A stretch of DNA of 64,000 nt from Schizosaccharomyces osmophilus (taxonomy: Eukaryota). The DNA is taken from contig NC_079238.1 of assembly GCF_027921745.1 (NCBI RefSeq), forward strand, positions 5,456,001 to 5,520,000. The letters run 5' to 3'. Shown here piece by piece: positions 39,180 through 49,292 of the stretch. The position numbers were made by a program, and so were the translations under genes. Under the pieces are notes generated by a model. It was not told where the DNA came from. It saw only the letters and a list, made by a program, of their open reading frames with translations, and ran no database searches. How positions within the stretch are numbered: position 1 is the first letter of the stretch; the number at the start of each line of letters is the position of its first letter.

Positions 39180-40883
39180 ATGTATGATTCAACATGGAGA
39201 ATACAGTATGATGTTAATGACAAGTGGGCGATCATTTTCTTATTTCTATTTCTTGGGTGCTTAGTTGCTCTTTCCGGACTTTATGTTATTGAAACAGCAA
39301 GGGTATATCGCAAGTCTTGTAAAAGATATGATTCTCCAAGCGATAAAACTTCTCCGTCGCTGTCGCCTTCAGTTTTGGAGCGTATTTATCTTATGATAAG
39401 AAACGCTTATTTGCATTTGGCAACCCATAAAGGTATTATGACAATCATTGCTGTTCCAATTGTTTTTGGAATTACAGTTCCTTTTATTGGAAGAGACACA
39501 AACAACCCAGGGACAAAAGGGGATTGGGTTGGAATGCTAGTGTGTGCGAGATTAGGATTTTTGTCAACAGCTGTTTTTACCCTTTCCTTCCTTTTCAGTA
39601 TGAAAAACAATCCATTCGCTTTGATGCTTTTCTCTTCCCATGAAAAGATGAATTATATTCATCGTCTCTTATCCCAATTCGCCATTCTACTAGGTATCAT
39701 ACATGGTTTTACGCGCCTTGCTTTGGATGCCGAGAAAGGCCTAAGTTTAATTAATCGTGTATATAATACGGGATATGCCATTCTCGCCATAACGGTCCTT
39801 TTATTTATCAGCGTTCTACCGTGTTTCCGACGAAGATTTTATGAATGGTTTTTCCTTATTCATCATGTCTGTAGCATTGCTTTTATTATATGTATTTACA
39901 TGCATCATCCCCGATGCATTCCTTACATGATTGCAGCTAGTGCTTTCTATGCACTGGATCGTGGATGTAGAGTCCTGCGTTGCTTTATGAATAAAACAAC
40001 ATTCCAGGCAACCATGATTGATGATGATGTCGTTTACTTGCGTGGAAAAAAACCCAAAGCTTCTTTCTTTTCTTTGCCATGGTCTTCAGGTAATCATGTT
40101 TATATCAATATCCCTCGTTTAAGTTTTTGGCAAATGCATCCATTTACCCTCGCTAGCTGTCCTTGGGACGAATACATTGAGCTGTTGGTTGTCGTTCGAA
40201 AGGGATTCACTCGACGCTTGGCAAGCCATCTTGGTTCCATAGACGATTCATCAAGTGACGAAGCTGAAAAGTCCAATGCTAGCGTTTCTGTATCTAAATC
40301 AAGCTATAAAAATAATTCATTTAATTTACATAAGCGAATGGATTCTGACGCTACTTGTGCAGTACCGACCAAGGAAATGACAGTTTTCCTGGATGGACCA
40401 TATGGACCAGTGTCCAACCCCTGTAAGAATTACTCTTATGTTTTTTTTGCTGCAGCCGGTTGCGGTATTACTTCCACCTTACCGACCTTCAGGGATATGC
40501 TGGTGAAGCCTGGGAACACACTTCACATTACATTTGTATGGTCATGTCGATCATTCAAGTTCATTCGTCTTTTTAAGGAAATTTTGGAGGATTCTATAAA
40601 ACAGAATCGGGTGTCTGTCCATATATATTGTCATCTGACGACAAGCTATTCTGTGAAAGAGCACCATTTATTATCTCAAACGAGTGGTTCAAACTCAATT
40701 CAATACTTTGATGAAAGGCCCAATTTAGAAAACCATATCAAGGACTACTTTGATTTGTCTGGAACAAACGTTAGCGCAATAAGTGCATGCGGACCTGATG
40801 CCTTTTTGAAGAGTTTGAAAAAGGAGGTGACTTCTCAGCAAAAATGGGATGCCGATACTTTCCAGCAATATGAAGAAATTTGA
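39180..40883 (+). CDS. frp1: Ferric-chelate reductase, Frp1-like
   Basis: Heme His contexts (YIHR..IIHG, LIHH..YMH); FAD motif HPFT; NADPH motifs DGPYG, AAGCGIT and CGP; several GATA sites at about 39020-39062. Confidence 0.85.
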   Translation: MYDSTWRIQYDVNDKWAIIFLFLFLGCLVALSGLYVIETARVYRKSCKRYDSPSDKTSPSLSPSVLERIYLMIRNAYLHLATHKGIMTIIAVPIVFGITVPFIGRDTNNPGTKGDWVGMLVCARLGFLSTAVFTLSFLFSMKNNPFALMLFSSHEKMNYIHRLLSQFAILLGIIHGFTRLALDAEKGLSLINRVYNTGYAILAITVLLFISVLPCFRRRFYEWFFLIHHVCSIAFIICIYMHHPRCIPYMIAASAFYALDRGCRVLRCFMNKTTFQATMIDDDVVYLRGKKPKASFFSLPWSSGNHVYINIPRLSFWQMHPFTLASCPWDEYIELLVVVRKGFTRRLASHLGSIDDSSSDEAEKSNASVSVSKSSYKNNSFNLHKRMDSDATCAVPTKEMTVFLDGPYGPVSNPCKNYSYVFFAAAGCGITSTLPTFRDMLVKPGNTLHITFVWSCRSFKFIRLFKEILEDSIKQNRVSVHIYCHLTTSYSVKEHHLLSQTSGSNSIQYFDERPNLENHIKDYFDLSGTNVSAISACGPDAFLKSLKKEVTSQQKWDADTFQQYEEI

Positions 40884-41334
40884 ATGAATTCCAGCAAGCT
40901 GTTGGTGGTCGGTCGGCTCCAGAGTTGTATATAGAAATTTTTTTCGTCTTTTGTTTTTCTTGTCCTATTATATTATGTTATGCAGCAGAGATTAATCGTT
41001 TCGTACTTTTTACTTTTTATTTAATTCAGTTACTAAATGTGTAGAAGACGATATGTATGAGACGAAGAGTGAAAAACAGAATACAAAAAACTTGTCAGCA
41101 GTATGAAGAACTTTGAATTAATTCCAGCATCATTAGAACTTAAACCTTCATTTAATTGAAAATGCGGGTGATTGTAGTTATTGGTCAAGACACTTGTCAA
41201 ATTTGGTGGGTCGCCTATTTCTTTCATCAAGTCCTTTATGCATAATGAGCAGTACTTGTCCAAGGAGTGATATAGCTTCATTTTATTTGTGTGAACGGAA
41301 GAATATGAATTAAGGAAAAGTGCAAGAAGAGAAA

Positions 41335-41464
41335 AGCCTACAGAACTCTGAGTACCGATGTTGTCTTCTACCATACATAATAAGAACGAGGCCTTCAGGC
41401 GTTCAACTGCATCTTTCTAACGGCTATTGGCCTTGTGATAGCCAGGCACTATTTATGTATAGTC
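41335..41464 (-). pseudogene. Degenerate 5S rRNA copy
   Basis: AGCCTACAG..ATGTTGTCTTCTACCATA..AACGAGGCCTTCAGGCGTTCAACTGCA aligns to 51525 onward; weak similarity continues to TAGTC at 41464. Confidence 0.7.
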
Positions 41465-41474
41465 TGAATATCGG

Positions 41475-41869
41475 TGTCACAGGACGAATCTCACTTGTTA
41501 TGAGAATAAGTATTCAGTGGAAAAGATGTAAGTAATAACAATTCATAAAATTGTATGTTTGACTTTTAAATTGGATACTTTTGTACTATAGAAGAATAGT
41601 AACAGCTTCCAGGGATCTGATTCACTAAGTAAGTTGTATGAACAATTTTATTTAGCTAGATCAGTCAAATCTTCCAATCTGAAGATTTGAGCTTTCCATT
41701 AGAGGTATATATATCTTTCTAGGATTAGTCAGCTTCTATATAACCTTAGTTCTAGATTTATAAAATTTTCAATCGCAAAAATGAACATTTAGTTTTGTAA
41801 TAACGTATTTGATAATACAATACATTTATTGTATCAAGATATTAGTAATATCGTATACCAGTTATGACA
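41475..41869 (-). mobile_element. Solo LTR, inverted, 395 bp
   Basis: Reverse complement of 43046-43440 with no differences seen by eye; TG..CA ends. Confidence 0.96.
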
Positions 41870-42133
41870 AGTAATACCGGCACAGACCATACTTTCATTG
41901 CGTTAGGAGTCGTTAAACCCGTAACGCGGTTGACAGCATCCTTATTCCACCCTCTTCGACCAGCTTGACCGTACGCACGTAAACAACTTGATCGGTGCAC
42001 TCTACCTGATCAACAAACAAGAAAGCCAATCTTCTTATAATGAGTCTAATAAAAGTCGCTGCAAATCAATAATAATATTTTTTCCTTCAATTAGTCTTCA
42101 ATTCTTTTTTCGCTGCTTTGACCCTTTTGAAAA

Positions 42134-42857
42134 ATGAACCAAGATTTATTTGATAATCCATTTGGAATTGCTCCACCCTCTGATGATTCTTATACAGCGC
42201 TCTCAAAGTTTACAAATGAATTCGCAGAGGCGATTCCCCAAGATCGATTTGATTCATTCAGAAGTAAACTGGCGAGCCTTCATAAAGCAGTTACTTCTAA
42301 ACTAGAAGGAGGAGAGACATTTTCACAAGATTTCGAAGAATGTTTCAATTGTCTGATGAAAAGTCAAATGAAAAGATTAATAGTCTCAGAGAAGACATGA
42401 TCCAAGGACACAATAATCTCAGAGAAGACATGATCCAAGAGTCAGATACAAAGTTTGGCATCCTAGAAGGGCAGCTTGTGGTGTTAGAAAACAGTTTTCG
42501 AGTCAATACGGGTAATATTACCTGAAGTATTCGCCAAAATGAATTTAAGCTTAATAAGACAACAACTTTAGCACAGAGATCTGAAAACATTATACACAGA
42601 GTTATGGCTAATGATACGAAGCCAATTCCGTTTGCCAATGGGCAAGAACGTCCTGCTAGGCTGCCTCAATTTAAAGCTATTTCTGACATTGATAGTTTGA
42701 ATCCAGCCATTTGAGAACATACCTAGAGGGATACGGTGGTAACTATGATGAGACTGAGCCGCGAGTGTTTCTTAAAAGAAAGCTTTCTGATTACGTTGGT
42801 TTTATTACATCCCAAGAATCCCGTTACGAGTTTTCAGATAACAATGAACCCCTTTAG
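42134..42857 (+). pseudogene. Mug135/Tdk1-like (DUF1773-like) pseudogene
   Basis: Reconstructed MNQDLFDNPFGIAPP.../..LREDMIQ x2..NIT*...RSENIIHR...IPFANGQERPARLPQFKAISDIDSL/LRTYLEGYG...LKRKLSDYVGF* aligns with the 60613-61221 protein; two frameshifts and a stop at 42523. Confidence 0.85.
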
Positions 42858-43503
42858 GATATACAAGATCGAAATAGTGCATCGAGTCGACGGGAAAGTC
42901 TCAGGTCGCACCATGGTTAATAAATGTTCACAAACAGAAAGAATTTCCGTTTGTTTTTTGTATTGAAATCTACCTCAGACTCCTGGAATTCTGCATTATA
43001 CAAGTTATTACTGCAATCATGTATAATATTAAACATCTTTCCGATTGTCATAACTGGTATACGATATTACTAATATCTTGATACAATAAATGTATTGTAT
43101 TATCAAATACGTTATTACAAAACTAAATGTTCATTTTTGCGATTGAAAATTTTATAAATCTAGAACTAAGGTTATATAGAAGCTGACTAATCCTAGAAAG
43201 ATATATATACCTCTAATGGAAAGCTCAAATCTTCAGATTGGAAGATTTGACTGATCTAGCTAAATAAAATTGTTCATACAACTTACTTAGTGAATCAGAT
43301 CCCTGGAAGCTGTTACTATTCTTCTATAGTACAAAAGTATCCAATTTAAAAGTCAAACATACAATTTTATGAATTGTTATTACTTACATCTTTTCCACTG
43401 AATACTTATTCTCATAACAAGTGAGATTCGTCCTGTGACAATTTATCTTCCAATCTCAAAGTGGAAATAGTTTCGTTCAATTACAAATTAAACGAACATA
43501 AGT

Positions 43504-44370
43504 ATGGAAATGGATTCTGAAAATTCAGGAACTGGATTTTTCGTTAGTGCGGCGGATATGCAAAATCTCAAAGCGGAAATAAGCGATCAACTCAAAGTTA
43601 TATCTGAACAGATGGTTGCTGCAAATCAAGAAAAAATGGCCGAAAAATTAAGTCAAATGGAAATTGACGAAGATTACATCGCCGAAGAACCAATGGACCT
43701 AATTGAAAGTGTTGAGAACGCATATGGTAATAGGGCTGAAAAATACTTAAGACGAATTAATACGAGAGAACCAGAAGTTTATAATCCAGATAAGCATGAA
43801 TTAGATGATTTCTTGCGAGACTTGGAGACCATATACGAAATGGTACGTTTGGTGTTTCCTACTGACCAAGAAAAAATCATGTATCTTTATTCTAAATCCC
43901 AAAGTCATCAGAGACAACAGATAAGAGAAGTGGTAAAGAAACCCGGTCCAAATAGAACGTTCGATTTTGTATTCGAAAAAGTTTTTCGAAGCGGATCAAA
44001 CGATTCTTGGGTAGAGACTCTCCATGAACATCTGGACAAGGCTACTAATTCAGATTTCGATTTCGCAGAGTACAGAAAATGGCTTTTAAATTTGGACATG
44101 GAAACCAACATAAAGATCAGTGCATTCCTATGTCAAAAAATGCATAACCGAAATCAACTCTTAAAAAATAAATATGAAAAAGGAGATCCACAAAAAGCCA
44201 TGAGAGAAACAAATCGCCACGCACGGTATACACCACTTCCAAAACCAACGAAATATACACGCCAACAGTTCTCAACACCGAAACAGAAAGCTTGGAAACC
44301 AAATAAGCGCGAACAAACCAAGAACTGGGATGACTCCAAATATGGAGCGAAATCAAAACCAAGCGAATGA
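43504..44370 (+). CDS. gag: Retrotransposon Gag
   Basis: First ORF after the 5' LTR; EPEVY..LDDFLRDLE capsid-like segment; basic C-terminus; no CCHC knuckle. Confidence 0.85.
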   Translation: MEMDSENSGTGFFVSAADMQNLKAEISDQLKVISEQMVAANQEKMAEKLSQMEIDEDYIAEEPMDLIESVENAYGNRAEKYLRRINTREPEVYNPDKHELDDFLRDLETIYEMVRLVFPTDQEKIMYLYSKSQSHQRQQIREVVKKPGPNRTFDFVFEKVFRSGSNDSWVETLHEHLDKATNSDFDFAEYRKWLLNLDMETNIKISAFLCQKMHNRNQLLKNKYEKGDPQKAMRETNRHARYTPLPKPTKYTRQQFSTPKQKAWKPNKREQTKNWDDSKYGAKSKPSE

Positions 44371-47300
44371 CTAGATAAGGGAAACAAGTCTAGAAGAGAT
44401 GAAGTCGTCTCTATAAACAAAATCATTGCGGGAAATCCACAAAAACACTACGAAAAGCAATCTTCACAATATCAAGATGTCAAAATTGCAAACCTCAAGG
44501 TCAATGCATTGATAGATACTGGCGCCAACGTATCCATCTTGAGAGAAGACCTGGCTAAACAAATTACGCGTAAATTTAATAAAGAAAACCGAACGTTTCT
44601 AGGGATAACAAACGACAAACTTCAAGTTAAAGGAAATTTAACATTGCCAGTAGAAATTAATAAACGAAAATTTTACGAAACGTTTATAATTACTCCGACT
44701 TCAGAAAACGAAGTTCTCCTCGGATGGAGCATTCTGAAAAAATTGAAAAGTTTAGACTTTTTATATGGTAACAAGACAAAGGAAGAAAAGAATAACGACA
44801 AGGAAAATCCAAAAGTCGAAGATCTATTGAAATCATTCAACAAAGTGTTCACAGAAGTTGCAGACATTCCTTTACCCAGACACACAGATAGTGATTTAAA
44901 AATCGAACTTACAAACAAATTGCCAGATTACGCACCGAAACTAAGGCCATATACACAAAAAGAATCTGCGACAATAAAAGAAAACGTGCAAAAATTATTA
45001 AGTCAAGGCAAAATTCGCGAAAGCTCATCAAATTTTATGTGCGCTCCACTAGTTGTACCGAAAAAGGGAACAGATAAATATCGCATGGTTATAAACTATA
45101 AACCACTAAATGCAATCACCAAAAGAGACAATTACCCATTACCAAACTTTGAAGAAATTATAAATTGCCTAAGCGGAGCCAAAGTTTTCAGTACGATTGA
45201 TCTAAAAGAAGCATATCATTTACTTAGAATTCGAGAAGGTGATGAACAAAAGACAGCCTTCAAGACACCCTTTGGAGCATTTGAATACAAAGTAATGCCC
45301 TTCGGATTAACCAATGCGCCAGCAAATTTTCAAAGGTATATTAACAAAGTACTTTTACCATACCTTGGAATTTTTATTATCGTTTATTTGGACGATATTC
45401 TGATATTTTCTTCCTCAGAAAAAGAACACGAGGAACATTTACGAAAAGTATTGCAAAAGCTACAAGACGCAAATTTATACGCAAATCGAGAGAAATGTAC
45501 CTTTTTCCAAAAGAAAGTCAAATTCTTAGGTCATATCTTCTCCAACCAAGGACTTGAGATTGACCCAGAAAGAATTCAAGCTGTTACAAATTGGCCTGAA
45601 CCCAATACGTTGCGACGCCTACAATCTTTCTTAGGTTTTGTTAATTATTCCAGACGATTTATGCCGAATCTTTCAAAATTGGCACGACCGTTATATGATT
45701 TAACAAAAAAGAATGTCAAATACAAATGGACCGATCGTCATAAAGAAGCCTTTGTCAACATCAAGAAAGAACTAGAAAACGTTTCTATGTTAAAACACTA
45801 TGATCCAACAAAAGAAACTCGATTAGAAACTGACGCTTCCGACTTTGCCATAGGAGCCATCCTATCGCAAAAACAAGAAGACAACGTTTATCATCCAATA
45901 GCTTTCTATTCAGAAACATTCACAGATCGTCAATGCATTTGGCCAACATGGGAAAAAGAAGCCTATGCAATTATTGCTGCTCTCCGAAAATGGTATCATT
46001 TCTTAGCTCACACAGAAACACCATTTCAAATATTAACGGATCACAAGAATCTAACATCTATGTTTACAAAAATTCGCACAGATACTCGTTCCAAAATCAA
46101 TAGATGGGCAACAGAATTGGAACTATACAATTTCGAAATTCAATATCGACCTGGCCGAAAGAATGAACCAGCAGACGCAATCTCACGTCGCCCAGATTAT
46201 AAAATCACTGCCATCAATCAACTAAGTGAAGCAAATTATCTAACAAATGTTTTCGATTACGTTCGCAAAGAATACTCCAATCATAAAAATTTTCAAAGAA
46301 TCCTAAATGGAGACAACGACAATCCGCAATATACAATTATAAACGGCCTCATCATTAATGATAAAAGACAAATTATCATCCCAACAGTTCCACAACTAGT
46401 TCAGTTGATATGTTATCAATTCCATGATCATCCTATTTCAGGAGGACATCGAGGAAAACTGTCCACAACAAATCGCATTCGCGAAAAGTTTTATTGGCAA
46501 GGCATGACAAGCGATATCCAAAAGTATGTTAAAAATTGTGATATATGTCAGCACAGTAAAACTCGAAATCATCAACGCTATGGTCAATTACAACCACTGC
46601 CCATTGCAGAAAAACCGTTTCAACATTATTCTATGGATTTTATCGTTGGATTACCAGTATCTCAAGGTAAAGATGCCATCTTAACAATTGTTGATCGTTT
46701 CACCAAAATGGCTTGGTTTCTTCCTTGTAATACAACCACGACCGCAGAACAACTGATCGCAATGTTCGAATCTCACATCGTAGCTGTATACGGCAAACCA
46801 AGAGACATAGTTTCCGATCGAGGACCTGTATTCATTTCTGATAAATGGAAACAATACCTCAAAGATCATAATGTAACACTCAAATTATCTTCTGGATATC
46901 ATCCACAAACGAATGGACAAACTGAACGTGTTAACCAAATAGTAGAAACATATTTACGATGCTATATGCATGACAACTTGGAAAATTGGGCCGCTTATTT
47001 GACAAAAGCACAATTATGTTATAACTCTGCTGAACATAGCGCTACCAAAGTAAGCCCTATAAAGGCCGCATTTGGTATACAACCTATACTAACAGAATGG
47101 GATTTGCAATTGATAAACGATCTCGGTACATCATTTTTATCCTCACAAACAGAACCTGTTCACGAGATCAGAAACCACATACGAAAAGCAAATGAACGTT
47201 ATGCAAAATTATATAATCGCAAGACAGAGATACCGCCGATATTCAAATCCGGTGACCAAGTACTCATTAAGAATGGTAAAGTGGGATTCTTTCATCAAAA

Positions 47301-47658
47301 CAACAAACTGGAACCAACGTTTGTCGGACCATTCGAAATAAAAAAGAAAGTTGCAGAACACAATTATACTTTAAATTTTCCTCGTGAAATACGAAGACGA
47401 TACCCTGCATCATTTCATGTGTCTGAACTCGAACCATACAACGCAGACTCACATGCAAACAACTTTCTAGCAAATATAACTATCGACCGTATATTAGACG
47501 TCGACAACAACCAAAAGCCTTCGCTTTATTACTGTTTATACCATACGAAACTGTCAAACGACTACCTTCGTTCAGTCACTTGGATCCCCACTCACATTGT
47601 TCAACAGAAAGCAGATGCAAAACTCGTTGAATTTAACCACAGCGCTTCATCTCGATAG
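44371..47658 (+). CDS. pol: Retrotransposon Pol (PR-RT-RH-IN plus chromodomain-like tail), in frame with gag
   Basis: DTGA protease, YLDD RT, TDASD RNase H, HHCC and D,D,E integrase, GPF motif; the frame is open directly after the gag TGA. Confidence 0.96.
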   Translation, partial: LDKGNKSRRDEVVSINKIIAGNPQKHYEKQSSQYQDVKIANLKVNALIDTGANVSILREDLAKQITRKFNKENRTFLGITNDKLQVKGNLTLPVEINKRKFYETFIITPTSENEVLLGWSILKKLKSLDFLYGNKTKEEKNNDKENPKVEDLLKSFNKVFTEVADIPLPRHTDSDLKIELTNKLPDYAPKLRPYTQKESATIKENVQKLLSQGKIRESSSNFMCAPLVVPKKGTDKYRMVINYKPLNAITKRDNYPLPNFEEIINCLSGAKVFSTIDLKEAYHLLRIREGDEQKTAFKTPFGAFEYKVMPFGLTNAPANFQRYINKVLLPYLGIFIIVYLDDILIFSSSEKEHEEHLRKVLQKLQDANLYANREKCTFFQKKVKFLGHIFSNQGLEIDPERIQAVTNWPEPNTLRRLQSFLGFVNYSRRFMPNLSKLARPLYDLTKKNVKYKWTDRHKEAFVNIKKELENVSMLKHYDPTKETRLETDASDFAIGAILSQKQEDNVYHPIAFYSETFTDRQCIWPTWEKEAYAIIAALRKWYHFLAHTETPFQILTDHKNLTSMFTKIRTDTRSKINRWATELELYNFEIQYRPGRKNEPADAISRRPDYKITAINQLSEANYLTNVFDYVRKEYSNHKNFQRILNGDNDNPQYTIINGLIINDKRQIIIPTVPQLVQLICYQFHDHPISGGHRGKLSTTNRIREKFYWQGMTSDIQKYVKNCDICQHSKTRNHQRYGQLQPLPIAEKPFQHYSMDFIVGLPVSQGKDAILTIVDRFTKMAWFLPCNTTTTAEQLIAMFESHIVAVYGKPRDIVSDRGPVFISDKWKQYLKDHNVTLKLSSGYHPQTNGQTERVNQIVETYLRCYMHDNLENWAAYLTKAQLCYNSAEHSATKVSPIKAAFGIQPILTEWDLQLINDLGTSFLSSQTEPVHEIRNHIRKANERYAKLYNRKTEIPPIFKSGDQVLIKNGKVGFFHQNNKLEPTFVGPFEIKKKVAEHNYTLNFPREIRRRYPASFHVSELEPYNADSHANNFLANITIDRILDVDNNQKPSLYYCLYHTKLSNDYLRSVTWIPTHIVQQKADAKLVEFNHSASSR

Positions 47659-48176
47659 AACCGCAAGGAATACAAGATCTTTCAATTCAAGGAAGTGAAA
47701 GCGTCTTAAGAAGGGAGGTGTCATAACTGGTATACGATATTACTAATATCTTGATACAATAAATGTATTGTATTATCAAATACGTTATTACAAAACTAAA
47801 TGTTCATTTTTGCGATTGAAAATTTTATAAATCTAGAACTAAGGTTATATAGAAGCTGACTAATCCTAGAAAGATATATATACCTCTAATGGAAAGCTCA
47901 AATCTTCAGATTGGAAGATTTGACTGATCTAGCTAAATAAAATTGTTCATACAACTTACTTAGTGAATCAGATCCCTGGAAGCTGTTACTATTCTTCTAT
48001 AGTACAAAAGTATCCAATTTAAAAGTCAAACATACAATTTTATGAATTGTTATTACTTACATCTTTTCCACTGAATACTTATTCTCATAACAAGTGAGAT
48101 TCGTCCTGTGACACTGTGACATTACTCAATTGCTAATAATATAATCGTAACTGTTCTCTGATAATATTGTATCATG

Positions 48177-48187
48177 GTAAACAAACA
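48177..48187 (+). promoter_or_regulatory. FLEX (Mei4 forkhead) consensus
   Basis: Exact GTAAACAAACA. Confidence 0.5.
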
Positions 48188-48431
48188 AATCAATCAATTT
48201 CTGGAACGTTGAAATTATATATTACCTGCAAGAGAAAAAATCAAAAATAATTTAGTCGCTAATGTAAAAAAAAACGAATTCCATTCTTTTGCATGGGTCA
48301 TTGCACTCCCTATCCAATGAAATAGATTAGCCATAAGGATACTACTAACCTGTATCAGAAAAAATAAGAAATTTTAATATGTATGTTTCAACTGATTGAC
48401 AAGACGTGTGAGTGAGGAAAAAAAGTGGTAA

Positions 48432-48555
48432 AACCTACGGCACCCCGGATCCCCATGTTGTCTCCAACCATACTAGGAAAGAGTGAGGTCCTCAGACGCT
48501 TAATTGCAGTGATCGAACGGAAATGGGTCTTTTTTTTCTAAGTGTCGCCGTAGAC
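48432..48555 (-). pseudogene. Diverged 5S rRNA copy
   Basis: ACCTACGGCACCCCGGATCCCCATGTTGTCTCCAACCATA...CTCAGACGCTTAATTGCAGTGATCG...GCCGTAGAC; many substitutions and indels relative to 51525-51643. Confidence 0.9.
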
Positions 48556-49292
48556 GCTTGTTTCTTTCGTAAGAGCAACAAAAGCAATTTGTCTTGCTGT
48601 AGTTTTGTCTTTAAAGTTGTGTGTTGGCCTGGTGTCCTTTAAGATACAATTCTACTCAGCTCTGTCTGTGTGTTTTGTCACGGCTGAATAGAGAATGCTT
48701 CCATATTGTAAGAATAAGATTTAAAAACACACTGTTTTCCTCTTTTCTATTGATTCACATTGTGGTCACAGAAGCATTAGATTGAGTGTATGAGTTTATG
48801 GGTTGAAAATGTTATTTATATAAATCGGTTCTACTTTAATATTTTTCATGATCCGTTGATTTGACTCTCTATATAAACAGGAAATTAAATTTATTAAGCT
48901 ACATCTGTCGAATCTTTTAATCTGAAGATTTGTGCTTTCTACGCTGTGAATCAATTTTACCTCTGGCGATAATCACTTTCGTCCTTGCCATTTATGAATT
49001 ACATGCGGAAAGTACGAAGTTCATTACGGCAGAATTTTCGTCGGAATAAATAAATAATCATTAAAAAGGGTGTTCTATTCACGAAGAAAATGAACGATGC
49101 GTAAGCAACAATGCTGTGAAACAAAATAGAAAATTCATAAAAGAGTGAATGAGTAAAGAAAACAAAGTCTTCCGGATTCATCAGATGCTTGGTTTTGTGA
49201 ACACGAATACAGGAACTTGGTAGACTGCAATTGACGTGGATACTTCCAAAGAAGGAGCGAAATATAAAGAATGAAAGCAGGTTCGGTAAAAC

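Larger units (their letters stand above)
43046..48113 (+). mobile_element. Full-length Ty3/gypsy (Tf/Tj-like) LTR retrotransposon
   Basis: 395-bp LTRs at 43046-43440 and 47719-48113, identical by eye; polypurine tract AAGAAGGGAGG at 47708-47718; primer-binding site at 43445-43456; gag and pol inside. Confidence 0.98.

Noticed and set aside
41879..41940. Possible further 5S relic beside the AGTAA target site (GACCATAC...GCGGTTGA)
   Set aside because: Similarity is too short and weak to call without a covariance-model search.
41475..43440. Inverted-repeat DNA transposon, or a gene captured inside a composite element
   Set aside because: The repeats are retrotransposon LTRs and the target-site pattern fits two independent insertions plus an inversion; no transposase is present.
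44509..44511. ORF-track start of pol
   Set aside because: It is a TTG two codons before the protease catalytic Asp and would truncate the protease; not a credible start.
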